DNA of 64,000 nucleotides from positions 36,783 to 100,782 of the forward strand of contig JBBABV010000001.1 of NCBI GenBank assembly GCA_041657445.1, in the 5' to 3' direction. Of this stretch, positions 9,835-19,146 are shown one piece after another (positions within the stretch are counted from its first letter, which is position 1; the number at the start of each line of letters is the position of its first letter). This DNA is from Minisyncoccota bacterium. Its GTDB lineage: Bacteria; Patescibacteriota; Minisyncoccia; Phycocordibacterales; UBA9973. A model generated the notes under the pieces. The model had not been told where the DNA came from, ran no database searches, and was given only the letters and a program-made list of their open reading frames with translations. Position numbers and translations under genes: made by a program.

Positions 9835-10887
9835 ATGTCGCTTGATTTAGTAAAGATTTTTGCCCCTACAGCTTTTGCCTTTTTTCTTGGGTTATTTATT
9901 ACTCCTTTTATTACACATTTTCTATTCAAACACAAAATGTGGAAAAAATACTGTAGAGATGAAAGTTGCAGTAAAGAATTTCATAAGATACACAATGGCG
10001 AAGCAGAACTTTCAACTCCAAGAACAGGAGGGATTATCATTTGGCTGTCTGTGATTATCGTTACAGTTATATTTTTTTCTTTTTCGCTTTTTTTTGAAAA
10101 TGATATTACTCTCAAACTAAATTTTTTGAGTAGAAATCAAACTCTCATACCTTTTTTTACTCTAATCCTAGGATCAGTATTTGGACTTTGGGATGATTTA
10201 ATACAAATATATGGAAAAGGTAAATTCGCACACGACGACAAGGCATGGCGAAAATGGAAGGTTTTTATTATTACATTAATTTCTCTTCTCATTGGACTAT
10301 GGTTTTATTATAAATTAGGAATGGTTTCTATTCATATTCCTTTTTATGGTGATTTGTATTTAGGAGTATTTATAATACTTGCATTTATTATTGTAGCACT
10401 CGGTACATTTTCAGGAGGAATAATTGATGGATTGGATGGATTATCTGGAGGAGTATTTGCATCAATTTTTGCTTCTTACACTGTAATAGCTTATACAAAC
10501 AATCAAATAGACATAGCTACATTTTCTGGAGTAATTACTGGAGCAATACTTGCTTTTTTATGGTTTAATATACCCCCTGCACGGTTTTATATGGGAGAGA
10601 CTGGAATAATGGGATTGACAATGGTACTTGCAACGATTGCTTTTCTTACTGATTCTGTTTTAATTCTTCCTATAGTAGCATTACCTCTAGTCATTTCTTC
10701 GGGTTCAGTAATACTACAAACAGTATCAAAAAAATTAAGACACGGTAAAAGGCTTTTTCTACTTTCACCACTTCATCACCATTTTGAAATGCTTGGATGG
10801 CCTTCATATAAAGTAACAATGAGGTATTGGGTATTATCTATTATTTTTGCTATTGTCGGAATGATAATAGCAATTATTAGTAAATAA
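9835..10887 (+). CDS. mraY: Phospho-N-acetylmuramoyl-pentapeptide transferase
   Basis: MraY signatures are present: DDLIQI, IDGLDGLSGG and HHHFEMLGW. It is a polytopic membrane protein. Confidence 0.9.
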   Translation: MSLDLVKIFAPTAFAFFLGLFITPFITHFLFKHKMWKKYCRDESCSKEFHKIHNGEAELSTPRTGGIIIWLSVIIVTVIFFSFSLFFENDITLKLNFLSRNQTLIPFFTLILGSVFGLWDDLIQIYGKGKFAHDDKAWRKWKVFIITLISLLIGLWFYYKLGMVSIHIPFYGDLYLGVFIILAFIIVALGTFSGGIIDGLDGLSGGVFASIFASYTVIAYTNNQIDIATFSGVITGAILAFLWFNIPPARFYMGETGIMGLTMVLATIAFLTDSVLILPIVALPLVISSGSVILQTVSKKLRHGKRLFLLSPLHHHFEMLGWPSYKVTMRYWVLSIIFAIVGMIIAIISK

Positions 10888-10888
10888 A

Positions 10889-11992
10889 ATGAAAGAAAAA
10901 AGAGTTGATAAATTTTTATTAATAGTAACCTTTCTTTTACTAACAATTGGTATAGCAATGTTTGTATCTGCCTCACTTGGAGTTTTAAATAGGAGTGAAA
11001 CTACTTTTTATTCTATACTCACCAAACAACTTCTTTTTGGATTACCTCTTGGTCTTCTAGGTATGTATTTAGCCTCAAAAATTAACTACAAATTCTGGCG
11101 AAAGTATTCTTTTTTTATTTTTCTTACTACTATTTTATTAACTGCAAGTGTCTTCATCCCATATCTTGGTTTTAGTCATCAAGGAGCAAAAAGATGGATT
11201 GATTTTGGCTTTATCACATTTCAACCTGTAGAATTTCTAAAGTTTGGTTTTATCATATATTTTGCTGGATGGCTTTCATGGGCAAAAAACAAGGCTCAAA
11301 GTTTTAAATACGGAATACTACCTTTTATTATTATGCTGGGGGTTATTTCCTCAATTCTTCTTAGTCAACCAGATACAAAAAGTTTTATACTAATAGCATT
11401 AACAGGTATTGGAATGCTTTTTCTTTCAGATGTTCCACTTAAATATATACTTGGTATTGGAGCAATACTTGCAATCTCTCTTAGTTTTTTTGCTTTTTTC
11501 AATCCATATCTACAGGAAAGAATAGAAACATTCATTTTTCCGGCAAATGATCCAACAGGCTCCTCATACCAAATTCAGCAATCAATGATAGCCATAGGGT
11601 CAGGAGGTGTATTGGGTAGGGGATACGGTCAAAGTATTCAAAAATTTGGTTATTTACCTGAACCGCACGGAGATTCTATTTTTGCAGTAGTGGGAGAAGA
11701 ATTTGGCTTCATTGGCTCTGTTGGGGTCATAATCCTTTATCTTTTGTTTGCAATGAGAGGTATAAGAATTGCAAGTCATGCAACCGATATATTTGGTAGA
11801 CTTTTATCTGCTGGAATTGTTATAATAATAACGGCTCAATCATTTTTAAATATCGCTTCTATTATAGGAGTATTTCCTCTTACAGGTGTTCCACTTGTGT
11901 TTATGAGCCATGGAGGAACTTCTCTTATGATATACTTAACAGCAGTAGGTATTTTACTTAATATTTCTAAATTTCAGAAAAAGAACATATGA
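10889..11992 (+). CDS. ftsW: SEDS-family peptidoglycan glycosyltransferase (FtsW/RodA)
   Basis: A 10-TM SEDS protein lying between mraY and murG, the classic ftsW position in the dcw cluster. Confidence 0.8.
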   Translation: MKEKRVDKFLLIVTFLLLTIGIAMFVSASLGVLNRSETTFYSILTKQLLFGLPLGLLGMYLASKINYKFWRKYSFFIFLTTILLTASVFIPYLGFSHQGAKRWIDFGFITFQPVEFLKFGFIIYFAGWLSWAKNKAQSFKYGILPFIIMLGVISSILLSQPDTKSFILIALTGIGMLFLSDVPLKYILGIGAILAISLSFFAFFNPYLQERIETFIFPANDPTGSSYQIQQSMIAIGSGGVLGRGYGQSIQKFGYLPEPHGDSIFAVVGEEFGFIGSVGVIILYLLFAMRGIRIASHATDIFGRLLSAGIVIIITAQSFLNIASIIGVFPLTGVPLVFMSHGGTSLMIYLTAVGILLNISKFQKKNI

Positions 11993-13119
11993 AAATAGTA
12001 TTTACAGGTGGAGGAACAGGAGGACATTTTTATCCTGTAATAGCAGTTGCTCAAAAAGTAAACGAAATACTTGATGAGGAAAACATAATAGGAACCAAAC
12101 TCTATTACATCTCTACTGATCCATACGACAAGGAATTATTGTTTGAGAATAGAATAACCTTTGAGAAAATTGAAACTGGAAAAATGCGTATTTACTTTTC
12201 TTTTCAAAACTTTATTGATTTGTTTAAGACATTTTTTGGAATGCTAAATGGTATTTATACATTGTTCTCTATATATCCAGATGTAGTTTTTGGTAAGGGA
12301 GGATATGCTTCATTTCCTACCTTGTTTGCAGCAAGAATTCTTCATATTCCGGTAATAATTCATGAATCAGATTCAGCTTCTGGAAGAGTAAATAAATGGG
12401 CAGGAAAATTTGCAACAAGAGTTGCAGTTTCCTTTAAGGAAGCATTCAGTGAATTTCCAGAAAAAAAAACAGCATGGATTGGACAGCCGATTCGTAAAGA
12501 AATAGAGCAGAAGGCTAGCAAGGAAGAAGCATTAAAGTATTTTAAACTTGAATCTCGCCTTCCTACTATTCTTATTCTTGGAGGATCTCAAGGAGCAGAA
12601 TTTCTCAATAATACTATTCTTGATTCTTTACCACGATTAGTTGAAAATTATCAAGTAATACACCAAACAGGTGTTTCAAATTTTAAAAGTGTAGCAGGAA
12701 GAGCAGATGTTGTTTTATCCAGAAATGAAAATAAAGTAAGATATTACCCTCATGCTTTTCTCAATTCATTAGGAATGAAAATGGCTGCAGGAGTAGCAGA
12801 CATAATCATCTCTCGTGCTGGCTCTACAATTTTTGAAATTGCTTCCTGGGGAGTTCCATCTATCATTGTCCCTTTTCGTGAATCTAACGCAGACCATGCT
12901 AGGAAAAATGCTTTTTCGTATGCACATGCAGGTGCTTGTAGTGTAATTGAAGAACAAAACATGACAGCAAATATACTCTGTTCTGAAGTTGATAGAATAC
13001 TTGGAGACAAAGAAACATACGAAAGAATGGTAAATTCTACAAAAAACTTTCACAAGCCTGATGCAGCTCTTAAAATCGCAAGGGAACTAATTGACATAGC
13101 TCTTGAGCATGAGAAATAA
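11989..13119 (+). CDS. murG: UDP-GlcNAc:lipid I N-acetylglucosaminyltransferase
   Basis: N-terminal MKIVFTGGGTGGHFYPVIAV is the MurG G-loop. The gene overlaps the ftsW stop. Confidence 0.9.
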   Translation: MKIVFTGGGTGGHFYPVIAVAQKVNEILDEENIIGTKLYYISTDPYDKELLFENRITFEKIETGKMRIYFSFQNFIDLFKTFFGMLNGIYTLFSIYPDVVFGKGGYASFPTLFAARILHIPVIIHESDSASGRVNKWAGKFATRVAVSFKEAFSEFPEKKTAWIGQPIRKEIEQKASKEEALKYFKLESRLPTILILGGSQGAEFLNNTILDSLPRLVENYQVIHQTGVSNFKSVAGRADVVLSRNENKVRYYPHAFLNSLGMKMAAGVADIIISRAGSTIFEIASWGVPSIIVPFRESNADHARKNAFSYAHAGACSVIEEQNMTANILCSEVDRILGDKETYERMVNSTKNFHKPDAALKIARELIDIALEHEK

Positions 13120-13157
13120 AACTTCGCAGAAATAGAAAAAAGTGCTAAAATGTTTAC

Positions 13158-14591
13158 ATGTCAGACAAAAAAGTAGTTACAAGATTTGCACCTTCACCGA
13201 CAGGCTTTATGCATGTAGGAGGAGTTAGAACTGCACTTTTCGCATGGCTTTGGGCTAAGAAGTATAAAGGAACTTTTATATTAAGAATTGAAGATACAGA
13301 CAAAGCTCGTGAGGTAGAAGGCTCAATAGAGCATATAAAAAAGTGTTTAAGATGGCTTGGGCTCAATTGGGATCAAGGTCCAGATATTGGTGGACCATAT
13401 TTCCCATATTTTCAATCAGAACGATTAGATTTATATAAAAGGTATGCACAGATTTTGATAAACAAAGGACTTGCATACGAAGATCCATACACAGAAGAAG
13501 AAATTGAAAACTTTAGAAAAAAAGCAGAAGAAGAAAAAAGACCTTTTCTTTACAGAGATTACAGACCAGAGTGGCTTAAAGGAGAAAAAGAAAATTATCC
13601 TAAATGGAATGAGAATAAACCTCTTCGGTTTAAGACCCCTGAAATCAAAAGCACAAAATGGAATGATTTAGTATATGGTGACCTCTCTGCGGGCCCTGAA
13701 GCACTTGATGATTTTATATTAATAAAAAGTGACGGATATCCTACATATAATTTTGCACATATTGTTGATGATATTGAGATGGGTGTAACTCATGTAATGC
13801 GCGGACAGGAATTTATTTCTTCTACTCCAAAATTCCTAGCGATATATGAGGCACTAGAAGTAAGACCACCATTCTTCGCTACACTTCCACCTATATTAGC
13901 CCCTGACGGAAAAAAGAAACTAGGAAAAAGAGATGGGGCAAAGGATATTCTTGAATATGAAAAAGAAGGATTTCTTCCTAGTGCTATGATCAACTTTTTA
14001 GCAATGCTTGGCTGGAATCCAGGAGATGATAGGGAGATATTCACAGTAGAAGAATTAGTTAAAGATTTTGACATTTGTAGAGTTCAGACATCAGGAGCTA
14101 GAATGAATGAAACAAAACTTGACTGGATAAACAAAGAGCATATGAATATGCTTTCTAAAAATGAAATAGAGAGAAGTATCTTATCATTACTTCCAAACGA
14201 AATGCAAAATCCAAAATTAGTGCCTCTTCTTTTTGAGAGAATACACAAGTGGGGAGAAATAGAAAAATTAGTTAGGGAAGGGGAGTTAGATTTTTTTATT
14301 AAACAACCTGATATAAAAAAAGAAAAATTAATTTTTAAAAACTCAAACATTGAAGAGGTAAAAGATGCCTTGTCTCAAACAATAAACTGCCTATCAAAAC
14401 TTAACGATTTTTCTGCCGAAAAAATAAAAAATGAATTAATGAATCTTGCAAATAAATTTGACAGTAAGGGTAAAATTCTTCATCCTGTTAGATTTGCACT
14501 CACGGGAAAGGATAAGTCTCCAGACCCTTTCATTATTGCCGAAATTTTAGGAAAAGATGAAACAATATCAAGACTACAAAAAGCTATATAA
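13158..14591 (+). CDS. gltX: Glutamyl-tRNA synthetase
   Basis: Contains the HIGH-region variant RFAPSPTGFMHVGGVRTALF and a KMSKS-like KLGKR. Confidence 0.9.
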   Translation: MSDKKVVTRFAPSPTGFMHVGGVRTALFAWLWAKKYKGTFILRIEDTDKAREVEGSIEHIKKCLRWLGLNWDQGPDIGGPYFPYFQSERLDLYKRYAQILINKGLAYEDPYTEEEIENFRKKAEEEKRPFLYRDYRPEWLKGEKENYPKWNENKPLRFKTPEIKSTKWNDLVYGDLSAGPEALDDFILIKSDGYPTYNFAHIVDDIEMGVTHVMRGQEFISSTPKFLAIYEALEVRPPFFATLPPILAPDGKKKLGKRDGAKDILEYEKEGFLPSAMINFLAMLGWNPGDDREIFTVEELVKDFDICRVQTSGARMNETKLDWINKEHMNMLSKNEIERSILSLLPNEMQNPKLVPLLFERIHKWGEIEKLVREGELDFFIKQPDIKKEKLIFKNSNIEEVKDALSQTINCLSKLNDFSAEKIKNELMNLANKFDSKGKILHPVRFALTGKDKSPDPFIIAEILGKDETISRLQKAI

Positions 14592-15870
14592 AAAAGTCAT
14601 TGCAGGAATACTTTTTGTTTCTTTTCTTGCCCCTTTTAGTTTTCTATCCGCTCAAACCGCTGAAGAATTGCATAATAGAATAAATGAAAAAAACAATGAA
14701 ATTGTAAAACTTGAAAGCCAAATAAAGCAATTCCAACAAGAATTAGAAAAACTCAGTAAAGAAAAAAACTCCTTAAGTAACACCATCAAACAACTAGACC
14801 TAAGCCGAAAAAAATTAGTTACCGATATTGCTGTCACTCAAAATAAAATAGATAAAACAAACTTCAGAATTACAGAGTTAAATATGGAAATCGGTAATAA
14901 ATCTGATATTATCAAAAACAATCTATCTGCTCTTTCACTTGAAATTAGAAACAAAAATGAAATTGATGAGGATAACATAATTAGAACTCTTTTTTCTAAT
15001 GATAATTTCTCTAATATCTGGAATGATATAAGTAATATATCTTCAATTCAGAAAGCAATTATAAGGAGAACAAATGAATTAAGAGATGCAAAGGTAGTAC
15101 TTGAAGATACAAAAGAAAAGACCACAAAGGCAAAGAATGAACTTGTTACATTACACTCACAACTCTCTGCTCAGAAGAAAATTGTTGAGCAAAATACATC
15201 AGAAAAGAAAAAATTACTCTCGCAGACAAAAAATAGTGAAGCAAACTACCAAAAAGTATTAAAAGAACAAATCGCACTAAAAAATGCTTTTGAAAAGGAA
15301 TTAGAGGAATATGAATCAAAACTCAAATTTATTCTTGATCCAAATTCACTCCCAAATGCTGGAGTGCTTTCATGGCCACTTAATAGTATATTCGTAACAC
15401 AGTTTTTTGGTGTTACTGCTTACTCTAAGAGATTATATAGATCTGGTTCACACAGTGGAGTTGATTTCAGGGCGTCTGTAGGAACCCCAGTCAAAGCAAT
15501 GGCAGATGGAATTGTTAAAGGAGTAGGAGATACAGATATTACTTGCTATAAAGCTTCATTTGGTAAATGGGTATTAATTGAATACGATAATGGACTTTCT
15601 AGTACATATGGACATCTTTCATTCTATAGTGTTAAAAAGGGACAAAAAGTAAAAAGAGGTGAAATAGTAGCATACAGTGGAAATACAGGACATACTACAG
15701 GTCCTCATCTTCATGTATCGTTATATGCATCAAGGGATGCAAGTGGAAATAGTGCGGTAAATGTAGCAACCGTTCCAAGCAAGTCATGTCCAGGAAGAAG
15801 TTTAACTCAGCCAGTAGCATCACAAAATGCCTATCTTGATCCAATGTATTATTTACCTCCATATAAATAG
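14557..15870 (+). CDS. M23-family peptidoglycan metalloendopeptidase with N-terminal coiled-coil (EnvC-like)
   Basis: Signal peptide, a roughly 200-aa coiled coil, and a C-terminal M23 domain (HSGVDF...GNTGHTTGPHLH). It overlaps the gltX 3' end by 35 nt. Confidence 0.8.
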   Translation: MKQYQDYKKLYKKVIAGILFVSFLAPFSFLSAQTAEELHNRINEKNNEIVKLESQIKQFQQELEKLSKEKNSLSNTIKQLDLSRKKLVTDIAVTQNKIDKTNFRITELNMEIGNKSDIIKNNLSALSLEIRNKNEIDEDNIIRTLFSNDNFSNIWNDISNISSIQKAIIRRTNELRDAKVVLEDTKEKTTKAKNELVTLHSQLSAQKKIVEQNTSEKKKLLSQTKNSEANYQKVLKEQIALKNAFEKELEEYESKLKFILDPNSLPNAGVLSWPLNSIFVTQFFGVTAYSKRLYRSGSHSGVDFRASVGTPVKAMADGIVKGVGDTDITCYKASFGKWVLIEYDNGLSSTYGHLSFYSVKKGQKVKRGEIVAYSGNTGHTTGPHLHVSLYASRDASGNSAVNVATVPSKSCPGRSLTQPVASQNAYLDPMYYLPPYK

Positions 15871-15925
15871 TCTAATTAACAAATCCATATTGTCATAATA
15901 AATGCTTATATGGTAAAATTATTGT

Positions 15926-16267
15926 ATGAATTTAAAATCATTAAGTGGGTTTAGTATCATAAAAATCCTCATTTGGGGCATAATTATTATTTTAGTCCTT
16001 AGTTATTTTAAAATTAACATAAGAGGTGTAGTAGAAAGCCCAGAAGCTCAGGAAAATATTGAATATGTCAAAGAAGGCGGAAAAACAATCTGGGAGGAGT
16101 ATTTACAAGAACCCGCTAAATATATCTGGAATAATATCTTTATTGAATTACTTTGGAATGCTTTTGTTGAAAATCTTGAAAGAGTTAGGGATGGGAAGCC
16201 TACAGAAATTGAAGAAGCAGCACCTATTTTACCTACAAGCTATACACATTATTACCATCTTGTTTAA
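15926..16267 (+). CDS. Hypothetical membrane-anchored protein (113 aa)
   Basis: ORF with one N-terminal TM helix. No motif recognised. Confidence 0.35.
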   Translation: MNLKSLSGFSIIKILIWGIIIILVLSYFKINIRGVVESPEAQENIEYVKEGGKTIWEEYLQEPAKYIWNNIFIELLWNAFVENLERVRDGKPTEIEEAAPILPTSYTHYYHLV

Positions 16268-16368
16268 TAGTATTATTATTGAACAAAAGGTATATTGTGC
16301 GACACATATCTATTTAAATATACAGTGAGGATAGAGTAAAAAAGCCCTATCCCCTAAACTACCTTATC

Positions 16369-16546
16369 TTATTTAGAAACCCAATCCTTTTGAGAAATTC
16401 CAGTGAGAGTTCTTGGTTTAATTACGAGACTTCCGTGTCTTGGCACACACACAATGACTTCCCTTTACATAATTTAGAAAAAAATGATTTTCTTTTAAAA
16501 AAGTTTCCACATCTCTAAATGACCAATTATTTAAACCTCTAGGCAT
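16369..16546 (-). pseudogene. hicA: HicA-like mRNA-interferase toxin gene, frameshifted
   Basis: Not on the ORF track. A minus-strand ATG at 16546 gives MPRGLNNWSFRDVETFLKENHFFLNYVKGSHCVCAKTRKSRN*, the HicA N-terminal half with the GSH motif. The +1 frame continues PRHGSLVIKPRTLTGISQKDWVSK*, the HicA C-terminal half with its PRH motif. The frame break lies in a (CA)5 tract at 16444-16453. The intact frame-0 ORF is 16418..16546. Confidence 0.55.
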
Positions 16547-16547
16547 G

Positions 16548-16856
16548 TTATATTTTTGTTATACCAAAGTATTTAACCTCATAAGGAGACTTAATAGGTT
16601 GTTTTTTGCCACTAATCAAAGCCTTCCATAGATTATCATATTCCTTGTCAAGTTTTTGGTTTAATGGTGCTACTCTTGAACCTTTTACTTTTTTTTGAGA
16701 TTCAACATATCCCTGAACTGCTTCGTTTAGATTGTTTAAGGAAACAAGATAGTCATCAGAGGATTCAACAATATTAAACTCAAGAGCCACCGCATACCAA
16801 GTGGTTTTTTCTTTAAAAACTATGCATCTTACTGCCCCCTTTTGAATTGTATTCAT
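16548..16856 (-). CDS. hicB: HicB-like antitoxin (short form without an obvious DNA-binding tail)
   Basis: 102 aa. The N-terminal WYAVALEFNIVESSDDYLVSLNNLNEAVQGYVE resembles the HicB RNase-H-like fold motif (..G.T.eEAl.N..EA). Its stop lies 1 nt before the hicA-like start. Confidence 0.45.
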   Translation of the reverse strand: MNTIQKGAVRCIVFKEKTTWYAVALEFNIVESSDDYLVSLNNLNEAVQGYVESQKKVKGSRVAPLNQKLDKEYDNLWKALISGKKQPIKSPYEVKYFGITKI

Positions 16857-16859
16857 ATT

Positions 16860-16878
16860 ATCTTGATTATATCAAGAT
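16860..16878. promoter_or_regulatory. Inverted repeat ATCTTGAT-tat-ATCAAGAT immediately upstream of the hicB-like start (putative TA operator)
   Basis: Perfect 8-bp arms with a 3-nt spacer, 4 nt upstream of the ATG at 16856. Confidence 0.4.
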
Positions 16879-16945
16879 ATGTGGTTAATGTGCTATTAAG
16901 ATGCAAGCACACTTAATAAGTAAATAGTTATTTTTTATTAAATAT

Positions 16946-17389
16946 TTACTTACAGGAAGCAGAAAGTTCAAAACCCGCTTTTTCTGCTTCTATTCTTGCA
17001 CTAAAATACACCCTATTCTCACTCTTAATATTTTTCCCAGCAGAACATCCTACAGGATAATACTTTTTACCTTTAATTGATGCAAAGTATTCACCTTTTC
17101 TTGTGGTTTTTGTGTCCGTATCTGTATTAAAGGTAGTATTATCCCCTATTCTTGATATATCCTTCTCTATTTTGCCTTTATTTTGACCTGTATTGTCATT
17201 ACAATCGCTTTCTAGGGTGTCTAGGTATTCAATACTTATTCCTTTATCAATATCGCTTTTAGAAGTTCTTCCAAACATAAATGAGCATAATCCTATTAAA
17301 ATAGTAATGCAAATAGACACTATCTTCTTCCCACTTTCATTTTCTGTAAAATACTGCTTGATTTTTTCCATATATTTGTATATAATCAT
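16946..17389 (-). CDS. Membrane-anchored protein with C-terminal Ada-Zn-binding-like module
   Basis: N-terminal TM helix. The C-terminal GKKYYPVGCSAGKNIKSENRVYFSARIEAEKAGFELSASC resembles the Ada N-terminal metal-binding domain pattern (YH.p.C.....i...N.v.F.s..eA...Gf.pC..C), but only two Cys residues are present. Confidence 0.35.
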   Translation of the reverse strand: MIIYKYMEKIKQYFTENESGKKIVSICITILIGLCSFMFGRTSKSDIDKGISIEYLDTLESDCNDNTGQNKGKIEKDISRIGDNTTFNTDTDTKTTRKGEYFASIKGKKYYPVGCSAGKNIKSENRVYFSARIEAEKAGFELSASCK

Positions 17390-17442
17390 GTTAACTTTAA
17401 TAAGGAATTTAGCATAATAAGTTAAAGATTAGATAAACATAT

Positions 17443-17715
17443 ATGGCACATAGAAAAGCGGGCGGAACAGCCAAAAATTTAAGAGATTCAAACCCAAAGT
17501 ACTTAGGAACAAAGCTTGCAGATGGGCAAAATGCAAAAGCAGGAGGAATAATTGTTCGTCAACGAGGAACTGTAATTCTTGCAGGTAAAAATGTTGGCAC
17601 AGGCAAGGATCATACCCTTTTTGCATTAAAGGATGGCACAGTTAAATTTAGTTCCAAACGAAAAACATCCTTCAATGACAAGACAGCAGTAAAGAAAACC
17701 GTAAGCGTAGTATAG
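17443..17715 (+). CDS. rpmA: 50S ribosomal protein L27
   Basis: [24 protein letters not shown]... is the canonical L27 N-terminus. It stands alone with no adjacent rplU. Confidence 0.95.
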   Translation: MAHRKAGGTAKNLRDSNPKYLGTKLADGQNAKAGGIIVRQRGTVILAGKNVGTGKDHTLFALKDGTVKFSSKRKTSFNDKTAVKKTVSVV

Positions 17716-17741
17716 TTGTTTTTAAAAATTTTAGACTCTAC

Positions 17742-17767
17742 AAAAACCCCTTTTGAGGGGTTTTTTG
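17742..17767. terminator. Bidirectional rho-independent terminator between rpmA (+) and the convergent methyltransferase gene (-)
   Basis: AAAAACCCC-ttttga-GGGGTTTTTT is a perfect 9-bp stem with A and T tracts on both sides. Confidence 0.8.
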
Positions 17768-17825
17768 ATTTAAGGCATTAAAGTAATTTAAAAATTCCTT
17801 TTTACACATATTGTTATCATGATTT

Positions 17826-18686
17826 TTAGGAAAGAGTAGCTACTCTTGGTAATTCCTGAGGAGCTCCTATCCCCTTATGTATTCTTACTACTCCTTTTGA
17901 AACTTGAACCTCAATCATAGGAAAATGCTTTTTAATTCTTTCTGCCCAGATTTTAACATTCTTCATATTCTTATTGTAAAGATAAGTGTTTATAAATTTA
18001 TCAATTTCATAATGTGTTTTTTTATTAAATTCATGATCTTTAATATAATATATTTGAAAAAATACTATTCCATTTTCATTTAATATACTAAATATCTTTC
18101 TAATAATATTTTCCATTATTATTGGCGAATTTCTGTAATAGCACAAAGGTCCCATCATCCTGGAAATAATTAAATCAACTTTTTCTCCCTGAAATTTTTT
18201 AATGATCTTTGAATAAACATCGTCATTTCCTGTTTTTAAAATATCTCCCATAATTACAGAATGCCCCCTTTTCAGGTCCATAGATTCATACACAGGGCTT
18301 CTTATGTCATTTAAACAAACTCCTAGTGTTTTTTTGAAAAATCCTTTTTTGAATTCACTAAATACCTTAGACCCAGTTCCACCTAACTCCAATGCAACTA
18401 AGTCATGATTTTTGGTTTTTGATAAAGTTTCTTCAATATACTTTTTAAATACAGTGCTTTTCTCCCTAATGTCTTTTACATCTTTATTGTTATATTTATC
18501 TACTAAATCTTTCGTATATTCTTTTGGTAAACATTCAAAAAAGGTGCATGCAAAATCATTCATTGATGAATCATATTCTCTCCATTTCATTTCTCTTGGT
18601 TTAAATTTTGAGATAATTGAGTTATTAAATTTAATCGCATTATTTGCCTTGATTGCTTCACAAATTATTTTTACTCCTTCTTTCAT
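17826..18686 (-). CDS. FtsJ/RrmJ-like SAM-dependent (ribose 2'-O) methyltransferase with ~90-aa N-terminal extension
   Basis: Motif I LVALELGGTGSKV, an acidic residue after beta2 (CLNDI), and GDILKTGNDD...VDLIISRM matching RrmJ GDF...VDVVLSDMAPN. Confidence 0.45.
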   Translation of the reverse strand: MKEGVKIICEAIKANNAIKFNNSIISKFKPREMKWREYDSSMNDFACTFFECLPKEYTKDLVDKYNNKDVKDIREKSTVFKKYIEETLSKTKNHDLVALELGGTGSKVFSEFKKGFFKKTLGVCLNDIRSPVYESMDLKRGHSVIMGDILKTGNDDVYSKIIKKFQGEKVDLIISRMMGPLCYYRNSPIIMENIIRKIFSILNENGIVFFQIYYIKDHEFNKKTHYEIDKFINTYLYNKNMKNVKIWAERIKKHFPMIEVQVSKGVVRIHKGIGAPQELPRVATLS

Positions 18687-18700
18687 AAGTTTGGTAAATA

Positions 18701-19144
18701 CTAAATCATTTGAATAACTAATTTAAAGAAAGATTTTTTGCCTTTAATACTGATTGGAATCTGGTATTCCCCTACTTCTTTAATAGGTTTATCAAGCAAA
18801 ATATATTCTTCACTAATTATTGCCTTATGTTCATTTTCTAAGGCAGAAAGAATTTCTAACTTTTTTATACCAGAAAATAAATGACCTTTTGCATCCGCTT
18901 TTGCACTAATAGTAACCACTTTTTCTTTTATTTCATTTAAATTTCTCTCAAGTAATTCATTTTGAATTTCCTTTTCAATTTTTACCTGCTTTTCTCTCTG
19001 TTGAAGATTAAAAACTGCATTTTGTGTAGCCTTTTCTACAAGTTTTCTTGGTAAGAGAAAATTAAGAGCATAACCATCATTTACCTCCTTAATATCATTT
19101 CTTTTACCAACTCTAGGAACATCTTTTAAAAAGATTACTTTCAT
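18701..19144 (-). CDS. rplI: 50S ribosomal protein L9
   Basis: MKVIFLKDVPRVGKRNDIKEVNDGYALNFLLP is the L9 N-domain consensus. Confidence 0.9.
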   Translation of the reverse strand: MKVIFLKDVPRVGKRNDIKEVNDGYALNFLLPRKLVEKATQNAVFNLQQREKQVKIEKEIQNELLERNLNEIKEKVVTISAKADAKGHLFSGIKKLEILSALENEHKAIISEEYILLDKPIKEVGEYQIPISIKGKKSFFKLVIQMI

Positions 19145-19146
19145 AT

